From: Ascidiella aspersa
Taxonomy: Eukaryota
Direction: 5' to 3'
Length of the DNA: 64,000 nt
NCBI GenBank assembly: GCA_963924565.1
Contig: OZ004608.1
Span: forward strand, 32,922,001 to 32,986,000
Below are positions 59,289-64,000 of this stretch, piece after piece (positions within the stretch are counted from its first letter, which is position 1; each line of letters begins with the position of its first letter). Below the pieces are notes generated by a model. That model was given only the letters and a program-made list of their open reading frames with translations, was not told the origin of the DNA and ran no database searches. The position numbers were made by a program, and so were the translations under genes.

Positions 59289-62200
59289 ATGATGAAGCTC
59301 GTATTAATTGTTATTATTTTACTTGTATCTGCATGTTTGTGGGATATTTCGCATTTTGCCAGCGGGGATCGAATGTGGATGAGTGGGAGCACAAGGTTTA
59401 GCTGTTCCAATTACGATGCATGGCATTGTAAAACTGGATATAAATGTATTCCGAAAGGATATGTTTGCGACGGAAGTAATGACTGCTACGACAGTAGCGA
59501 TGAGTGGAACTGCAATACTTGTAAAGATGTCGCCTGGATGTGTAAAGATGGAAGTAGATGTATTCCCAAAAGTGATCTTTGCAATGGATGGAAAAACTGC
59601 GACGACAATAGCGACGAGTTATATTGCACAACATCATGCCCAAGATATAGGTGGTTGTGTAGAGATAAAAGTAAATGCATAACTCAGAGTGGTGTTTGCA
59701 ATGGTCTTATAGATTGCGAAGATAGGAGCGACGAGTCAAACTGTACAACGTGCCCCAAAGAACGGCCTTGGAAATGTAAAAATGGAAATAGATGTATTGC
59801 GCAAAGTAGGGTTTGTAATGGTTGGGGGAGCTGCAATGACAGAAGCGACGAGAAGTATTGCACAACATCATGCCCAAATGATGAGTGGTTGTGCAAAGAT
59901 AACACTAAATGTATTCACCAATATAATGTTTGTGACGGAATTAAGGATTGTGAAGATAATAGTGACGAGTCCAACTGTACAACTTGTCCCACCAATCGGC
60001 CTTGGAAGTGCAAAAGTGGAAGTCAATGTATTAACCAAAGTAATGTTTGCGACGGGTTAAAGGACTGCGAAAAGGACAATAGCGACGAGGTAAACTGCAT
60101 AATGTGCCAAGATGATGCGAGGTTGTGTAAAGACAAGAGCAAATGTATTCCCAAAACGTTCGTTTGTGACGGTTATGAGGACTGCAACGACAATAGCGAC
60201 GAGACATATTGTACAACATCGTGTCCAAAAGATGAGTGGTTGTGCAAGGATAAAACTGAATGTATTCATCAAAATAATGTTTGTGATGGACTTAAGGATT
60301 GTGAAGATAATAGTGACGAGTTGAACTGTACAACTTGACCCATCGATCGGCCTTGGAAGTGTGAAAACGGAAGTGAATGTATTAATCAAAGTAGTGTTTG
60401 CGATGGACAACAAACTTGCAAAAATAATAGCGACGAGTTAAACTGTACAACTTGTCCCAAAGATCGGCCTTGGAAGTGTAAAACTGGAAGTAAATGCATT
60501 TATCAAATAAAAGTTTGCGACGGACAGAATAACTGTAACGACAATAGTGATGAGAAGTATTGCACAACATCATGCTTGAAAGATGAGTGGTTGTGCAAAG
60601 ATAAAACTGAATGTATTCACCAAAATACTGTTTGTGACGGACTTAAGGGTTGTGAAGATAACAGTGACGAGTTAAACTGTACAACTTGCCCCGACAATCG
60701 GCCTTGGAAGTGTAAAACAGGCAGCAAATGTATTAATCAAAGCAGTGTTTGCAACGGGGTAAAGGACTGCGATGAGGACCATAGCGATGAGTTGTTCTGC
60801 AAAACTTGCAAAGATGGCGCCTGGTTGTGTGGAGATGGAAGTAGATGTATTCGTCAAACGTTGGTTTGTGACGCTAACAAGGATTGCGTTGATACGAGCG
60901 ACGAGTTTTATTGCACAACATCATGCCCAAACCATGAGTGGCTGTGTGCAGATCAAACTAAATGCATACCACAAAGTGATCGTTGCGACGGTTTGAAGAG
61001 CTGCAGCGACAATAGCGATGAGGCAAACTGCACAACATGCCAAGATAATGCCTGGTTGTGTAAAGATGGAAGTATTTGTATTCCCATAACGTTGGTTTGT
61101 GATGGTAATGAGGACTGCGTCGACAAAAGCGACGAGACATATTGTACAACATCATGTCCAAAAGATGAGTGGCTATGCAAAGATAAAACTAAATGTATTC
61201 TCAAAAGGAATGTTTGCAACGGACTGAACGACTGTAAAGAAGACTATAGCGACGAATTGGACTGCACAGCTTGCAATGATCAGGCGGTTATGTGCGGTTG
61301 CTTGACAAAGCAAAGTCCTTGCAAACAAACTGGAAAGTGTATACCTACATCACTTCTATCCAATGGAGAGAAAGAATGCGAAGGCGGTGACGACGAACCT
61401 TGTGAAAACTTGAAAGTGGAAGGTCACTTGGCGTTTCGTTGTTCGAATGAGGCTATGAAAGACATCTTTCTTTTACATGGGAATGGTCACAACTGCGACA
61501 AAGAATTAGGATCATGTGGCGATAAACGGAACAGACAATGTGAGACCGGGGCATGGATTTGCGCCAAACCCTTGGAGGACTTTTACGGATGCAATAACGG
61601 ATTATACAAACATACTTCACAGCGATGTTCCGATCTTGATTGCAAAGACTTAACTTCCGGGTTTGGGTTTAAATGTCCAGCGACATTAAGTCAAGTTTCT
61701 AACCAGGCAAAAAATTGCATCTTACCACAAAATAATCTCTACGACAACATTCACCAATGCGGCGATAAATCAGATTTATGTTTCGTTGATGGTGAGCTTA
61801 GATGCTTCTTATGTTTGGACAAACGACTAATAATATCTCAGCAGCAAGTCTGTGACGGGGTGCCAGACTGCTATGATCTTTCCGATGAATGTTTGTGTGA
61901 CGACCAAACAGTTTGCCAGGGAATCTTGGGCGACGCTAGAGACACTTGCCCTCCCAACCAAATGCACTGCTACAATGCAACAGACTGCGCGGTTATTGAA
62001 GAGGTTTTATGCAAGGAAAACATCAAATGTGTTGGTGATATCCCCTGCAGTAAAGTACAGACACAAACGAAGGAACAATATGGAACTATCTCATGCAATG
62101 GCACATCAGGAACTATATCGGCGGCAAAGTGCGACGGAAGACCCGAGTGTTACGGTTTCTACGATGAATGCGATCTTGACTCGCGGAAGAAAGTTTGCGA

Positions 62201-63719
62201 CAACCGACCACGATTTTGCAACGACCAGTGTTCATGGAAAGCAGCTTTAAGCGGTCAACCTGGAGTTGTGTGCAGAGGCTTGCTCGACCCCAGCACTGAC
62301 TTGTCAAGATGCAACGAAACTGGAAAGAAGCTCTGTCCAAAACGCCACAATTGTCGCAACAACAAAGTGTACACTAGCATCGACGTCGACCAAGTTTGCG
62401 ACGGCATAATTCACTGCGACGATGGATCAGATGAAACGGAATCGCGATGCAACAAGGCGAGGTTTTATTGCGACAACAAACAACCATTGTCTGTCGACAT
62501 CGACTTGGTTGAAGACGGATATAAACATTGTTCAGACGGGAGTGACGAATGCCCGGCTGTTAGCAAGTATGACACCGTGTTTTCTAACGTTAAAGAAATG
62601 ATTGCTAACCCCTTTTTCAGAGCCATGTTTTGGGTAATGGGGTTTCTAGCTGTGGGTGGAAACATTCTGGTGTTTGTTACCACCCTCCGGGAAATAGTCA
62701 CTGATAAAGAAGCCACAGCAATCAAAAAAATAAATAAAACACTTATTTTAAATCTATCCTGTGCAGATTTTTCAATGGCTTTATATTTGCTTGGTATAGC
62801 TGCTAAAGGCGCTCAACTTTCAGGTGATTATTGCTCAAATGATGCAGCTTGGCGAACCAGTAATACTTGTGATGTGTTAGGCTTCATTGCTTTGTTTGCT
62901 TCCCAAGCTAGTGCTTTAATAATGGCCACTATGACTGCTTTTAGACTTTATGCTGTAAGTAAACCATTTGCTTCTAAAACCCTGAAACTGAAGTGGGCTT
63001 ACTTTTCCTGCATTGGCATATGGGTTGTTAGTATTTTATTGGCTGCCGTACCCCTAATGAATTTTTCGACTGAATACTTTGTTTCGCATGTCTGGTTTTC
63101 ATCCAGATTCTATAAAACCGATAGAGTTTCCCGAAACAAAACGATTCTTCTTGCAAAACGAATATTGGGTGAAAATTTTACCAAGCTTTCTTGGTATGAC
63201 GTCAAGGAACTGATAACTTTCACATTCCCACAATATCCTATAAGGGGTGAATTTGGCTACTATGGTGAAACTAGCGTTTGTATACCGAGACTGTTTGCTT
63301 CTGTAAATGAGGCTTCTTGGCAATATTCCACATTTCTTATAGCTCTTAACTTTATGCTGTTTGTATTCATGCTTTTATCTTATATAGTAATTTACATTAA
63401 AAGCAACAAAATGTCAAAAGCTAGAAAGAAACAAGTTAACAGCAAATTACAAAGGCGCATTTCTCGTTTGCTTTTTACCGACTTCTGTTGTTGGATTCCG
63501 TTGTGTATTTGTGGCTTCTTAGCTGTTTCTGGTGTTCCACTTTCCAAAGATATTTACATTATCAGTGCTGGTATTTTGCTTCCCATTAACAGTGCCTTGA
63601 ACCCTTTTCTTTACTCTGATATTTTTGATAACTTGTTCAGCAGTTGTAAGCAGCGTGTTGTTGCTAAGTTTAAAAAGCCCACAAACGACATTGAAATGGA
63701 CGTGTTTACAATTGGGTAA
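59289..63719 (+). CDS. Intronless multi-LDLa 7TM receptor (LGR/GRL101-like TM domain, no LRRs) with one in-frame TGA at 60336-60338
   Basis: Signal peptide MMKLVLIVIILLVSACLW, then 16 regular LDLa repeats (C..C..CI..C(D/N)G..C..SDE..C) and several degenerate ones, then 7TM motifs GNILV, NLSCADF, YYGETSVCIP, FTDFCCWIP and LPINSALNPFLY. ORFs 59274-60338 and 60576-63719 share a frame and 60339-60575 is open, so a single TGA interrupts 1476 codons. It could be a pseudogene allele. Confidence 0.85.
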
Positions 63720-64000
63720 ATTGATTTACGAATATTTTTTTATTAAAAAAATGAGTTGTGTTTGGATAACCCTGTCTTTACAATATCTTCATGGAAAAGT
63801 TTTACGTGTTTCGCTTTGTACAGAAATAGAATTGTGCAAATGAACTTCGTGGTTTCTACTTAAAAAATGGTTTTACGTTCTAATTAGGTTGGAATATAAA
63901 GTTACAACACTAGGCAAAACAAACTAGAACTACTATGTACAATCAAAGATTCGATAAGGTGAAGCACAATTTGGTAACATGGTCATAGGGTAGCCCCTGC

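Noticed and set aside
59274-63719. Two separate genes, as split by the ORF track (354 aa and 1047 aa)
   Set aside because: They share a frame, the repeat array is continuous, and the second ORF starts at TTG mid-repeat with no signal peptide. This is one locus with one internal stop.
63751-63800. SECIS-like spacing ATGA-N13-AA-N24-GA in the receptor 3' UTR
   Set aside because: Helix II pairs at only about 5 of 12 positions by hand, so it gives no support for selenocysteine. The UTR may extend beyond the window.

Overview
AT-rich eukaryotic genomic DNA with spliceosomal introns, most likely from an ascidian tunicate (inferred from the troponin C sequence and gene structure and from an LDLa-7TM receptor without LRRs). 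I reconstructed six protein-coding loci by hand, checking splice phases: (1) a single-pass membrane protein with three PPxY motifs (+, ~10008-18627); (2) troponin C (+, 21045-29922), with two mutually exclusive 147-nt third exons and an apparent second terminal exon that replaces the EF-hand IV position-12 Glu with Val; (3) TMEM43 (-, 32107-37514), head-to-head with (4) a USF3-like bHLH-ZIP factor (+, 37922-43182); (5) a SENP1/2-like SUMO protease (-, 44804-52918); (6) an intronless receptor with 16 or more LDLa repeats and a 7TM domain (+, 59289-63719), with one in-frame TGA at a repeat cysteine. Non-coding DNA is rich in hAT-type MITEs, several with target-site duplications, and includes a ~2.7-kb tandem duplication upstream of the receptor. 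The ORF track does not show at least six minimal type-I hammerhead ribozyme motifs of the Penelope-like-element kind. Four lie in the sense strand of host-gene introns, and one of these sits in the loop of a perfect 40-bp hairpin. All calls were made by eye, with no alignment, folding or database search.
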